IMG/VR virus record: IMGVR_UViG_3300020398_000222
Coordinates: 1 to 27,042 of that record
DNA length: 27,042 bases
Source of the DNA: a virus
Lineage: Duplodnaviria > Caudoviricetes
Reading direction: 5' to 3' (one strand)
Positions 15,172 through 23,681 of the stretch are shown here, in pieces. The notes under the pieces were generated by a model that ran no database searches, was not told where the DNA came from, and worked only from the letters and a program-made list of their open reading frames with translations. A program made the translations under genes and the position numbers. How positions within the stretch are numbered: position 1 is the first letter of the stretch; every line of letters starts with the position of its first letter.

Positions 15172-16052
15172 AAATATTGATTACAGGAGGTCATGGTTTT
15201 ATAGGTCAAAATATTGCTGAAAGATATTATTCAAAAAATTGTGATGTTGTTTTATATCCTAAAGGCAAGAATATTGTTGACATAGACAGAGAAGTTATAG
15301 ATTGTGATTATATTTTTCATTGTGCATCTACGGTGCATAATTATCATATGTTGGACAAATATTACCTTGATTTAGATACAAATTGTTATGGTACTTTATC
15401 ACTACTAGAAGCCTGTAAGAGACACAATTCATCTGCAAAAATAATTTACACTAGCACATTTTTTGTTTATGGTAATCAAAAAAATTTACCAGTAACAGAA
15501 GATACTTTGCCAAATCCTCAAGGTTTATACCCTGCAACTAAGTTAGCAAGTGAAAACTTTTTGAAAATATATTCAAATGCGTGGGGTATAGATACTGTAA
15601 TTGCTAGACTGACAAATGTTTATGGATTAGGAGAACAGACTGTAAACAATAAGAAGGCGGCATTTAATAGAATGGCTTATGATATATCTCAAGGTAAAAC
15701 TGTAGGTTGTTACAATTATAAAGGTAAGGATTATAATACAATAGAGAGAGATTATATACATGTAAATGATGTTGTTGATGGATTAGAACTTTTAGCAGAG
15801 GTAGGTGATGTGGGAGAAATTTATAATTTAGGTACAGGTAGGTCAATTCAATTCAGAATAATGCTAGATTTGATGATAGAATTTGCCAAGTGCGGGTCAT
15901 ATTCTTTAATTGACATACCAGATTTTCATAAAAAAGTAGGCATCGATGATTTTTCATGCGAAATAAATAAGATACAGCAGTTAGGTTTTAACCCTAAAAT
16001 AACAATAGAAGACGGGATTGAAATCTTAATGGACAATTATAAATGGGAATAG
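15168..16052 (+). CDS. NAD-dependent nucleotide-sugar epimerase/dehydratase
   Basis: ILITGGHGFIG, YPATK (YxxxK), RLTNVYG, RDYIHVNDVV, YNLGTG. Confidence 0.9.
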   Translation: MKILITGGHGFIGQNIAERYYSKNCDVVLYPKGKNIVDIDREVIDCDYIFHCASTVHNYHMLDKYYLDLDTNCYGTLSLLEACKRHNSSAKIIYTSTFFVYGNQKNLPVTEDTLPNPQGLYPATKLASENFLKIYSNAWGIDTVIARLTNVYGLGEQTVNNKKAAFNRMAYDISQGKTVGCYNYKGKDYNTIERDYIHVNDVVDGLELLAEVGDVGEIYNLGTGRSIQFRIMLDLMIEFAKCGSYSLIDIPDFHKKVGIDDFSCEINKIQQLGFNPKITIEDGIEILMDNYKWE

Positions 16053-17146
16053 TCCTCGGGCGAACAATGGACAGTAATTATTTACAACTAACAGGAGGAA
16101 ATCCATTCAGTTCTCAAACAAAGATGCTTTTACATTGGGAACAATTAAATGAATACATGCAGACGGGTGACACCTCGTGTCCAATATTCATGGAAGTAGG
16201 ATTGACAAATAGATGTAATGAATCCTGTGTTTGGTGTATTACAGAGAATGGTAGAGACAATATACATGGAGAATCTTTAGATATTGATTATTTAAAAAAA
16301 TATCAAAAAGATTTTAAAATACTTGGCGGTAAAGCAATCACATATGCTGGACAAGGAGAACCTACATTTTATAAGCATTTTGAGGAAGCGGTCACTCATG
16401 CTAAAGAAGTTGGTTTAGAATTAGGTATGATGACTAATGGTGTATTTAAGTCAAAATATATCAACCTAATTGGTAAAAGTTTTGAATGGATGAGAATATC
16501 ATTAGATACGCTTGACGAAGAGAAATATACAAATTATAAAGGTGTAAATGGGCCTCCAATTATTAAAAAACATATTCAGGCATTGAAAGATTACCCTGTT
16601 AAAGTGGGTGTAAATGTTAATGTGGGTTCAGAGTATACAGTAAAAGAGGCTAAAGACATTGTAGAATGGATTTTTAATGATGATGCGGTTGATTATTTAC
16701 AATTTAGACCAATATTACCTCGTTATTATAAACCAAATGAAAGAGATACATTAGAAGTAAATAATGAGGTGTGGAGTTATTTAGATAGTTTGGGGCAACA
16801 CCCTAAATTAAATTTGAGTAATGATAAAAGAATGGACCTTGAAAACAATACTGTATTTAATTTTAGGTCTTGTGAAGGACATTTCTTTGAGCCTATTTTA
16901 GATGCAACAGGAGAAATTAAAATATGTACGTATCATCCTGGTAAACAGAAGTTTTCATTTGGCAATATATACGAAAAATCCTTTGCTGATATATGGGCAG
17001 GAGAACAAAGACAGAAGGCAATAAAGTTTGTTCGTAAAGTCAAATATAATAAAGTATGTCAGGTCTGTTGTAAATGTACTGAAGTGAACAAATTAATGGA
17101 TTTTTTAACTCAACCTGAAAAAATGGTTGATTTAAATTTTATTTAA
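16043..17146 (+). CDS. Radical SAM protein with SPASM/twitch-like C-terminus
   Basis: CNESCVWC (CxxxCxxC), GQGEPT, MTNG, FGNIYEKSFADIW, C-terminal Cys cluster; start may be 16067. Confidence 0.9.
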   Translation: MGIVLGRTMDSNYLQLTGGNPFSSQTKMLLHWEQLNEYMQTGDTSCPIFMEVGLTNRCNESCVWCITENGRDNIHGESLDIDYLKKYQKDFKILGGKAITYAGQGEPTFYKHFEEAVTHAKEVGLELGMMTNGVFKSKYINLIGKSFEWMRISLDTLDEEKYTNYKGVNGPPIIKKHIQALKDYPVKVGVNVNVGSEYTVKEAKDIVEWIFNDDAVDYLQFRPILPRYYKPNERDTLEVNNEVWSYLDSLGQHPKLNLSNDKRMDLENNTVFNFRSCEGHFFEPILDATGEIKICTYHPGKQKFSFGNIYEKSFADIWAGEQRQKAIKFVRKVKYNKVCQVCCKCTEVNKLMDFLTQPEKMVDLNFI

Positions 17147-17158
17147 TGTAAAGATATA

Positions 17159-17204
17159 AGATGTATATGATATGAGATGTATATGATATGAGATAATATA
17201 AATA
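17159..17204 (+). repeat. 16-bp tandem repeat abutting a late promoter
   Basis: AGATGTATATGATATG twice plus AGAT, then TATAAATA at 17197-17204. Confidence 0.8.
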
Positions 17205-17209
17205 CTTAA

Positions 17210-17335
17210 ATGATAACCTGTAAAAGATATATATTCGAAGAGCAGAATATTTATAGTACCAAGGATATGATTTTTTCTGATACAGACCCTCACGCATTAA
17301 TTTTATCTCCTATTTCATTAACAAGAAAAGTTTAA
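17210..17335 (+). CDS. 41-aa ORF or gene remnant (not in ORF track)
   Basis: MITCKRYIFEE... starts just after the late promoter; resembles a degenerate capsid-targeting N-terminus. Confidence 0.35.
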   Translation: MITCKRYIFEEQNIYSTKDMIFSDTDPHALILSPISLTRKV

Positions 17336-17338
17336 AAA

Positions 17339-17656
17339 ATGAAAACATTTAATCAAGCATTAGGTGAGATGAAAACGAGTATTTGGGATACATCACCTAA
17401 AACATTACAAGATGCAATAGACCCTGAAATTTGGATTGAAGGGTTCGGTAGAATGCTTTTAAGTCAACATAAAGCAAGATTTGTACGTGCGTCAGACGAT
17501 TTTTTAAAAAGAGCAAAAGCTGATGATTATGATTATATTGAGGGACGTATGAATGCTTATCATCATATGTTAGAAGGAATTAAACAAGCAGAAAAAGATA
17601 TGAATACCCCTGCCTGGAAAACAAGAATTACAAAATTAAAAAAAGCAGGTAAATGA
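17339..17656 (+). CDS. Hypothetical protein with MKTFNQ N-terminus
   Basis: MKTFNQALGE resembles the T4 capsid-targeting sequence ending in Glu10. Confidence 0.6.
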   Translation: MKTFNQALGEMKTSIWDTSPKTLQDAIDPEIWIEGFGRMLLSQHKARFVRASDDFLKRAKADDYDYIEGRMNAYHHMLEGIKQAEKDMNTPAWKTRITKLKKAGK

Positions 17657-17719
17657 TTAAATTTACATCATTTCTTATTTAAATTGCACAAAAAATTTGA
17701 GATTTTTTCCTCATTAATA

Positions 17720-17860
17720 ATGATATATGTTTATGTTAAGGGCAAGAAAGTTGCTCAAGGAAAAGAAATGAAAAGTATTTTAAAATTTACTTTGAAATTA
17801 GTTAAAGAAGGTTATACAGATATCATAATATCAGGAGGAAGAATAGGAACGTGGAGATAA
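17720..17860 (+). CDS. 46-aa basic hypothetical protein (not in ORF track)
   Basis: MIYVYVKGKKVAQGKEMKSILKFTLKLVKEGYTDIIISGGRIGTWR; overlaps the next start. Confidence 0.5.
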   Translation: MIYVYVKGKKVAQGKEMKSILKFTLKLVKEGYTDIIISGGRIGTWR

Positions 17861-18255
17861 ATCATTTACGGCAGGTATTGGAAGCACAATTTCGTTATAA
17901 ATTGTATAATGATATTAAGTTTCCGTTTTTACAAAGTCTTGGAATTAGAGATATAATACAGGGAGTCGGTAATGATGAAGTTGGTTTTATTGGTATATTA
18001 CATTTAAAGTGGGTTAATAAAGATAATAATAATCGTTATGTAAATTCTAAAGAATGGCCTGTGAAAGTGAAAGGAACCTGGGAATCAACGTGGCATGATA
18101 CGGTTGATGCAGGACATCATATTGTACAAAAATTAGAAGATGAATGTATAATAGATAGTGATAAGGTTATGTTTATACTGAATGCGGAAGTTATGAACCG
18201 AGAACGTAAAAAAAGGATGACAATTTCTGAGCCAATACAACCAATACTTAATTAG
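17851..18255 (+). CDS. Hypothetical protein
   Basis: 134-aa ORF, GTG start with purine-rich RBS. Confidence 0.6.
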   Translation: MEINHLRQVLEAQFRYKLYNDIKFPFLQSLGIRDIIQGVGNDEVGFIGILHLKWVNKDNNNRYVNSKEWPVKVKGTWESTWHDTVDAGHHIVQKLEDECIIDSDKVMFILNAEVMNRERKKRMTISEPIQPILN

Positions 18256-18263
18256 GAGATATA

Positions 18264-18572
18264 ATGTTACCGTTAGCAGGACTATTATTTAATGTAATTT
18301 CTGGGCTTGTAATAAATAAAGCTCAAAATCTTGCAAAAGAGCATGTTGGCAACATGATCGATGACCTTTTACCAGATGATGCAAAGGATGAACTTGATGA
18401 AATTATAAAAAATGACCCTGAACATCCTTTCGATACTGTTGCTGAAGCACTCGAAGGAGCAATAGTAGGTAAACTTCCTATACCCAATAAAGATGGGATA
18501 TTTATGCCTATTGAAATGACAGTCACAGTTCGTTTTGACCCCAATACAAAATCTTTAGAAATAATATCGTGA
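18264..18572 (+). CDS. Hypothetical protein
   Basis: GGAG RBS; hydrophobic N-terminus, acidic body. Confidence 0.6.
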   Translation: MLPLAGLLFNVISGLVINKAQNLAKEHVGNMIDDLLPDDAKDELDEIIKNDPEHPFDTVAEALEGAIVGKLPIPNKDGIFMPIEMTVTVRFDPNTKSLEIIS

Positions 18573-18578
18573 GATAAT

Positions 18579-19031
18579 ATGCAATCTTTTTTGAAATGGT
18601 GGCTCATTATATGCATTACCCTAATTGGTGTTTTAATGGCAGTTTATTTTGACATGCATGAACACTTATATAATTCAGACCAAACAAAAATTAGTATTTT
18701 GATACTGTTTATTTTTGTATGTTCAACTGTATGGATTGGTAATAAAACATATTCAGTAGCAGTGAATCATGAATATGAATCAAGTGAAGTTGGTTGGTTT
18801 ATAGCAGAAACTTGTCTTGCATTGGGAATGGTGGGTACCATAACAGGGTTTTTATTGATGTTAAGTACAACATTTAGCAATATAGATGTATCAGATGTTG
18901 CAACGTTACAACGAGCCTTAGCAGATATGGCATTGGGTATGAGTACGGCATTGTACACTACTTTGATAGGATTGATTAGTTCCATTCTTATTAAGATACA
19001 ATTAATAAACTTAGAAGTTGCATCAGAGTGA
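18579..19031 (+). CDS. MotA/TolQ/ExbB proton-channel family protein
   Basis: LGMVGTITGF and GMSTALYTTLIGL helices. Confidence 0.8.
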   Translation: MQSFLKWWLIICITLIGVLMAVYFDMHEHLYNSDQTKISILILFIFVCSTVWIGNKTYSVAVNHEYESSEVGWFIAETCLALGMVGTITGFLLMLSTTFSNIDVSDVATLQRALADMALGMSTALYTTLIGLISSILIKIQLINLEVASE

Positions 19032-19720
19032 GACCAGATACCCGTGATAAATTTAAATCAACAATAGGATTTATTGATATATTATTTAATATATTAATAG
19101 GGTTTGCCTTTCTATTTATCATTGCATTCATTTTAATTAAGCCTGAATCAAAGAAAAAAGATTTTGAGCGTAGGGCCGAGTTTATTATAATTTTAGAGTG
19201 GGATGGTTCTGCACCGGATGATTTTGATTTGTATGTTGAAGACCCCATAAAAGGAATGGTACACTTTAGAAATCCTCGGGTAAATTATATGCATCTTGAT
19301 AAAGATGATTTAGGTGAGCGTAATGATACAGTTTATAATGCTGATGGGTCAATTACAACAGTAAAAATAAATCGAGAAGTGGTTACAATACGAGGAATCA
19401 TTCCAGGTGAATATATTGTGAACGCACATTATTATTCTGATTATAATACATTGAATTCAAGTCATGTTACAATGGACAGAGCCGGTTCTACAAAAGATTC
19501 AATTATAGTAAAGATAGAAGTTCATAAGGTAAATCCTTATAATATTATTTGGGCAGGAGAGCATGTTTATGATAGAAGAGGTGCTGAACATACATTTGTT
19601 AGATTCTCCTTAAATAAAGAAGGAAATATCAATTCTAATTTTTCATATCTAAAAAAGAGGCAAATTTCTCCTAATAATACACGCAGCACTTATAATCCTA
19701 ATGGAGGGACACAACCATGA
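19028..19720 (+). CDS. ExbD/MotB-like anchor fused to a YfaP/DUF2135-like domain
   Basis: N-terminal TM with Asp (GFIDILFN); EWD...DFDLYVEDP, LDKDD, NREVV, PGEYIVNAHYY. Confidence 0.6.
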   Translation: MRPDTRDKFKSTIGFIDILFNILIGFAFLFIIAFILIKPESKKKDFERRAEFIIILEWDGSAPDDFDLYVEDPIKGMVHFRNPRVNYMHLDKDDLGERNDTVYNADGSITTVKINREVVTIRGIIPGEYIVNAHYYSDYNTLNSSHVTMDRAGSTKDSIIVKIEVHKVNPYNIIWAGEHVYDRRGAEHTFVRFSLNKEGNINSNFSYLKKRQISPNNTRSTYNPNGGTQP

Positions 19721-20196
19721 TGATGTTTGGTCTTTTGATATTTGGATTGCTATTATTGACTATTATTAGTTTGTGGTTAATGATTGAAAGACGTAAAAAT
19801 TATGCGTTTTTATTCTATTTCATTCCTTTCTTTTTATTAATGACACTATCAGTTTATTGGACATATACTTCTATTTTAGGAATGTCTAAAATAGGATATC
19901 CTACAAAAGGACTGTATTTGAGTCATTATGTTGATGAACCAGTATGGTTATATCTTTGGATATTAGAGAATCGTGTCCCCATAGCATATAAAATAGTTTA
20001 TTCTAAAGAGGGTCATGATACATTAGATGGAGTGAAAATGGAAACAGAACAGGGAGAATATATGATGCTTTCTCAGTCAGAATTAGGAGAGGATGGAGAG
20101 GATGGAGAGAAGGATAATAAAGGTAAAGGTTATACTTTAGGAGGAGATTTAAAATTCTATAAATGGGAGTATAACGAAACCGCATTTCAAAAATAA
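19717..20196 (+). CDS. Two-TM membrane protein, third gene of the ExbB-like module
   Basis: Overlapping start/stop (ATGA); two TMs then GYP...WLYLW. Confidence 0.6.
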   Translation: MMMFGLLIFGLLLLTIISLWLMIERRKNYAFLFYFIPFFLLMTLSVYWTYTSILGMSKIGYPTKGLYLSHYVDEPVWLYLWILENRVPIAYKIVYSKEGHDTLDGVKMETEQGEYMMLSQSELGEDGEDGEKDNKGKGYTLGGDLKFYKWEYNETAFQK

Positions 20197-20200
20197 TGTT

Positions 20201-20683
20201 ATGAAAGTAGATAAACGAGCAAAACTTATTAAGAAAGTTCAAAAAATGGAATTGAATAACCCAGTCATACAAGCCTTGATTGGGCTTGTAATATTTTATA
20301 TTGGATTAAAGATGTTTTCTGGTGGTATGAAGGATATGGGTAGGCTAGAACATCTTGAAGTCTTTATTCACAATCCTTATTGGATGTTCTTAGGAGGAAT
20401 ATTATGTACTCTCCTATGGCAATCTTCTTCACTTTCTACTACTGCAATTATAGGATTAGTTGCTTCTGGTGCATTACCCCTACCTTCTGCAATTGCGGCA
20501 GTTCTTGGTGCAAACATAGGAACTACTGGAACTATCTGGTTAGCTGGACTGATGGTTTCGGAAGGTTTACCTACAGGAATAACAAAACAAGTTGCACTTG
20601 TGCATACTGGAGTGAATACAGTTATGGCAGTTGCTATGCTTCCATTTATACAACCTATTGCGAGGTTCATATCTAGATTTTAA
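20201..20683 (+). CDS. Na+/Pi cotransporter family protein, single repeat
   Basis: WQSSSLSTTAIIGLVASG and LGANIGTT signature present once only. Confidence 0.8.
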   Translation: MKVDKRAKLIKKVQKMELNNPVIQALIGLVIFYIGLKMFSGGMKDMGRLEHLEVFIHNPYWMFLGGILCTLLWQSSSLSTTAIIGLVASGALPLPSAIAAVLGANIGTTGTIWLAGLMVSEGLPTGITKQVALVHTGVNTVMAVAMLPFIQPIARFISRF

Positions 20684-20688
20684 ATTAC

Positions 20689-20751
20689 TTGACTAATCGT
20701 TTTTTTATGATATAATAAATATAAATACAAAAAGAGTGTTTTGTATAAATA
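20689..20751 (+). promoter_or_regulatory. Sigma70-like promoter plus two late promoters
   Basis: TTGACT-16 nt-TATAAT (20689-20716); TATAAATA at 20720 and 20744. Confidence 0.6.
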
Positions 20752-20787
20752 ATGAGACCTACCAATTTATCAAAAGGATATAAAAAA

Positions 20788-21048
20788 ATGTCAGAACAAA
20801 CCCAAGAATTAGTAGATAAGATTATGTCAGGTGAACATAATAATGCCCGTGACCTTTTTAATAATGTAATGAGTGATAGATTGTTGCAAGAATTAGAAGC
20901 TAAAAGAGTTGAAGTTGCTTCTAATATGTTACCATCTGACGAAAGAACTCCACAAGAACTGGCTTTTTCAAAAGCACATGATATTCAATATTCTGAAGTT
21001 GACCCTCATTCGGGTGAAGAATTAGATAATGACTATGATGTTGAATAA
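20788..21048 (+). CDS. T4 gp67-like prohead core protein
   Basis: LVDKIMSG..NNARDLFNNVMSDRL..LEAKRVEVASNM plus acidic tail; late promoters and AAGGA RBS. Confidence 0.55.
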   Translation: MSEQTQELVDKIMSGEHNNARDLFNNVMSDRLLQELEAKRVEVASNMLPSDERTPQELAFSKAHDIQYSEVDPHSGEELDNDYDVE

Positions 21049-21293
21049 TGGCAAAAATATTAGATATACAATTTGATGTTAATAATCAAGAATTATTAGC
21101 ATTTGATGAAGGTAAAACGATTAAATTTAATGTTCATCAATTACGTGAAGTTAAAGAATTATTTCATCGTTATGATGAAGCTACTTTAATACATAATAGC
21201 GAGGATGAAGAGGAAGAATTTCATTATTTTTGTAAAAAAATGGCAGAAATGTCACCAGAAGCAGTAGATGTGGCCTCTCCTTATTTGAATTAA
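21048..21293 (+). CDS. Hypothetical acidic protein
   Basis: TAATG coupling at both ends. Confidence 0.6.
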   Translation: MAKILDIQFDVNNQELLAFDEGKTIKFNVHQLREVKELFHRYDEATLIHNSEDEEEEFHYFCKKMAEMSPEAVDVASPYLN

Positions 21294-22063
21294 TGAAACT
21301 GTTAATAACAGGCGCTAAAGGATTTATAGGATATCATTTCTATAATTTGATGGCAAATGGTCCTACATATGACCATCTCTATGGTCGGCCTTCTATACCT
21401 ATAAAAATATATGGTATTGATAATTGTTCGGGACTCGCATGTGATGAACGTGATGTTCCATACACTAATGGCGACCTTATGGAATGTGAATTGCCAGAAG
21501 ATGTGACCCATGTTATACATTTAGCAGGGCGAACAAATGTGAGAGCCAGTTGGATACCAGAAAATATAGAAAAATTTTATAGAGATAATTTCCTCGTATC
21601 AGAACGTTTATTTAATTTCTACAAAGATAAACCCGTTAAAATATTATACGCAACTAGTTCATCCGTACTTGAAATGAAAAGCCCGTATGCTATGACAAAG
21701 AAACTAGTAGAACATATTGCTCCTCCCAATGCAATTGGAATGAGATTCTTTACAGTCTATGGTGAAAAAGGTAGACCAGATATGTTATATCGTATGGCAC
21801 AAGAAGGTAAAGTCGAACATTTGACAGTGAATAGCAGAGATTTTACATCAGTTGAATATGTAGTGCGGTGCATACGAAAATTATTGGTATCTGGTAATAT
21901 GGGTGATATTTATGAAATAGGTACAGGTGTAACAAGAACTCCAGAAGAATTTCTTCAATGTAATAGAATAAAAGTCCCACAAGTATCATATATAAAAAAA
22001 TATGATGAAAGTCTAAATACTTGTGCAAATACAACAAAAATGGAAGTTTTATTAAAACTATGA
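21293..22063 (+). CDS. NAD-dependent epimerase/dehydratase (short phage type)
   Basis: LITGAKGFIG, IHLAG, YAMTK, MRFFTVYGEKGRPDM, RDFT. Confidence 0.9.
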   Translation: MKLLITGAKGFIGYHFYNLMANGPTYDHLYGRPSIPIKIYGIDNCSGLACDERDVPYTNGDLMECELPEDVTHVIHLAGRTNVRASWIPENIEKFYRDNFLVSERLFNFYKDKPVKILYATSSSVLEMKSPYAMTKKLVEHIAPPNAIGMRFFTVYGEKGRPDMLYRMAQEGKVEHLTVNSRDFTSVEYVVRCIRKLLVSGNMGDIYEIGTGVTRTPEEFLQCNRIKVPQVSYIKKYDESLNTCANTTKMEVLLKL

Positions 22064-22224
22064 TTAATTGGTTTATAAAACAGTTAAAACAATTGATGAA
22101 TAGAATCTCAGAAATTGGTGCCTCCTTTGAAAATCGAAATCGCAGATTAGATGATTGTGATACTCGTGCAGTGAATGTTATATCGGACAAATTACATGAC
22201 GAGCCAAAATCAAGAAAAAATTAA
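22060..22224 (+). CDS. Hypothetical protein
   Basis: ATGA overlap with the epimerase stop supports start 22060. Confidence 0.45.
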   Translation: MINWFIKQLKQLMNRISEIGASFENRNRRLDDCDTRAVNVISDKLHDEPKSRKN

Positions 22225-22411
22225 TTTGATGTTAGAACAAATTAAATATCTTAAAAAAAAATTACATAAACACGAATACGATTGTAAACATTTTAAAATG
22301 AGATATCTTAATAAAGAAATGTGGAATGAAGAAATATTGTCTAAACGTGCAATGATTCGTACAGATATTTTGAGATTAACTCAAGAAGTAAATGAATTAG
22401 TTAAACAATGA
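22196..22411 (+). CDS. Hypothetical coiled-coil protein
   Basis: Heptad-like pattern; start uncertain. Confidence 0.5.
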   Translation: MTSQNQEKINLMLEQIKYLKKKLHKHEYDCKHFKMRYLNKEMWNEEILSKRAMIRTDILRLTQEVNELVKQ

Positions 22412-22459
22412 GATGATAATTCTACTTAACAAAGAGTTTTTATTATCGTGAAAGGAATT

Positions 22460-22765
22460 ATGAATAACGAAGTTGAAGATGCTTATGAAGATTATGAAGA
22501 ACTGGTGGATGTTGAAATAGTCGAGAAGAACGGAAATGGTAATGGTGGGTCTGATTCTCTACAAAAAATCTCAAAACATCATACATTTGTTTGTGAAACT
22601 TTATATCATTATAATTGTGGTGAATGTAATTGTTGGTGGAGTTATGCCGCAACACCTAATAAAAAGAATTTGTATCTAGGATGGGAAATGATTGGCAAAC
22701 ATATGCATTGCCCTCATTGTGGTGTAGAAGCAGAATTGAAAATGAAAAATGGTTTTGAAATATAG
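22460..22765 (+). CDS. Zinc-ribbon protein
   Basis: CGECNCWWS...CPHCG; AAGGA RBS before ATG 22460. Confidence 0.65.
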   Translation: MNNEVEDAYEDYEELVDVEIVEKNGNGNGGSDSLQKISKHHTFVCETLYHYNCGECNCWWSYAATPNKKNLYLGWEMIGKHMHCPHCGVEAELKMKNGFEI

Positions 22766-22766
22766 T
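22687..22766 (+). repeat. 80-bp direct repeat, copy 1
   Basis: 75 of 80 nt identical to 23069-23148. Confidence 0.95.
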
Positions 22767-22815
22767 TTGTACCGTAATATTAATTTAAGGAAACTCAAAA
22801 GAAAGGAGAATAAAA

Positions 22816-23040
22816 ATGATACTAAATGAATGGTTGACAAAAATAAAACAGTGGTGGGCTGGTATGCTTGAACGAGGGGAGGAATCGCCTCTCGTGGAAC
22901 AACCACCAGTTAAACAATCAGAAACTACGGTTGATCCAGTGCTTGAGAACATCAAGAAAAAATCTCGTTCATCTGCCCTACCAACCAAAAAACCCAAAAT
23001 TCCAAAGAAGAAAAAGGAAACCGCCAATAAAAAAAAGTAG
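22816..23040 (+). CDS. Small Lys-rich protein between the direct repeats
   Basis: AAGGAG RBS; amphipathic N-terminus and basic tail. Confidence 0.6.
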   Translation: MILNEWLTKIKQWWAGMLERGEESPLVEQPPVKQSETTVDPVLENIKKKSRSSALPTKKPKIPKKKKETANKKK

Positions 23041-23068
23041 GGAAGTGATATTAAAATTAAGGAAATGT

Positions 23069-23148
23069 AATGATTGGTAAACATATGCATTACCCTCATT
23101 GTGGTGTAAACGCAGAATTGAAAGTGAAAAATGGTTTTGAAATATAGT
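23069..23148 (+). repeat. 80-bp direct repeat, copy 2
   Basis: Duplicated 3' end of the zinc-ribbon gene, with CPHC changed to YPHC. Confidence 0.95.
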
Positions 23149-23463
23149 ATGTTAGCAATAATATTATTTTCAAGTATCGTATATGCCCAACCCGATAATG
23201 CAATACTAAATTGGTATCCATCATCATATATTCACAGGTTTGTTAATAGTTGTTTTGACTCATTAGAAGTGAATCAGGTACCATCGGTGTGCCGTGGTAT
23301 GGTATTATATGCTTCCTGTTGTGCTTGCGTATTAGATAAGTTAAGACATTCTTTAACATGGGAAGAAATTGAGAAAACAGGTTTTAGCGAAGAAATGCAA
23401 TCGATAATTGAGGCTACCCTGCCTTTTTGTGTATCACAAGAATTAATACGAATAAAACAATGA
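23131..23463 (+). CDS. Secreted Cys-motif protein, distant paralog of 6882-7571
   Basis: Signal peptide ending VYA; YPSSYI...C...CACVLDKLR...EE...C. Confidence 0.6.
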   Translation: MVLKYSMLAIILFSSIVYAQPDNAILNWYPSSYIHRFVNSCFDSLEVNQVPSVCRGMVLYASCCACVLDKLRHSLTWEEIEKTGFSEEMQSIIEATLPFCVSQELIRIKQ

Positions 23464-23672
23464 ATATTTGGGTAGAATATGCTCCTAGGAAACGAGAGGA
23501 GCTTAAAAACAATATACATGCTCAAATGAAAGAGAGTGTGAAATGGGAACCGCTAGTCTCCACAGATATCAAAGTAAGATATTGTCAAAATATGGAAGAA
23601 GCACAACAATTAGCTACAACTTTATTTAATGATGGGTATTACGCATACATTAAAACCGATGGAGGATTGTAA
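23460..23672 (+). CDS. Hypothetical protein
   Basis: ATGA overlap supports start 23460. Confidence 0.55.
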   Translation: MNIWVEYAPRKREELKNNIHAQMKESVKWEPLVSTDIKVRYCQNMEEAQQLATTLFNDGYYAYIKTDGGL

Positions 23673-23681
23673 GGAGATGTT

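Noticed and set aside
17159-17194. Short repeats here and at 7410, 9477 and 25141 as CRISPR arrays
   Set aside because: Only 2-3 adjacent units, no unique spacers of CRISPR length and no cas genes.
22687-23148. 80-bp repeat pair as a DGR template/variable repeat
   Set aside because: Mismatches are not confined to adenines of one copy (C/T, G/A, G/A, A/C, A/G) and there is no reverse transcriptase in the window.
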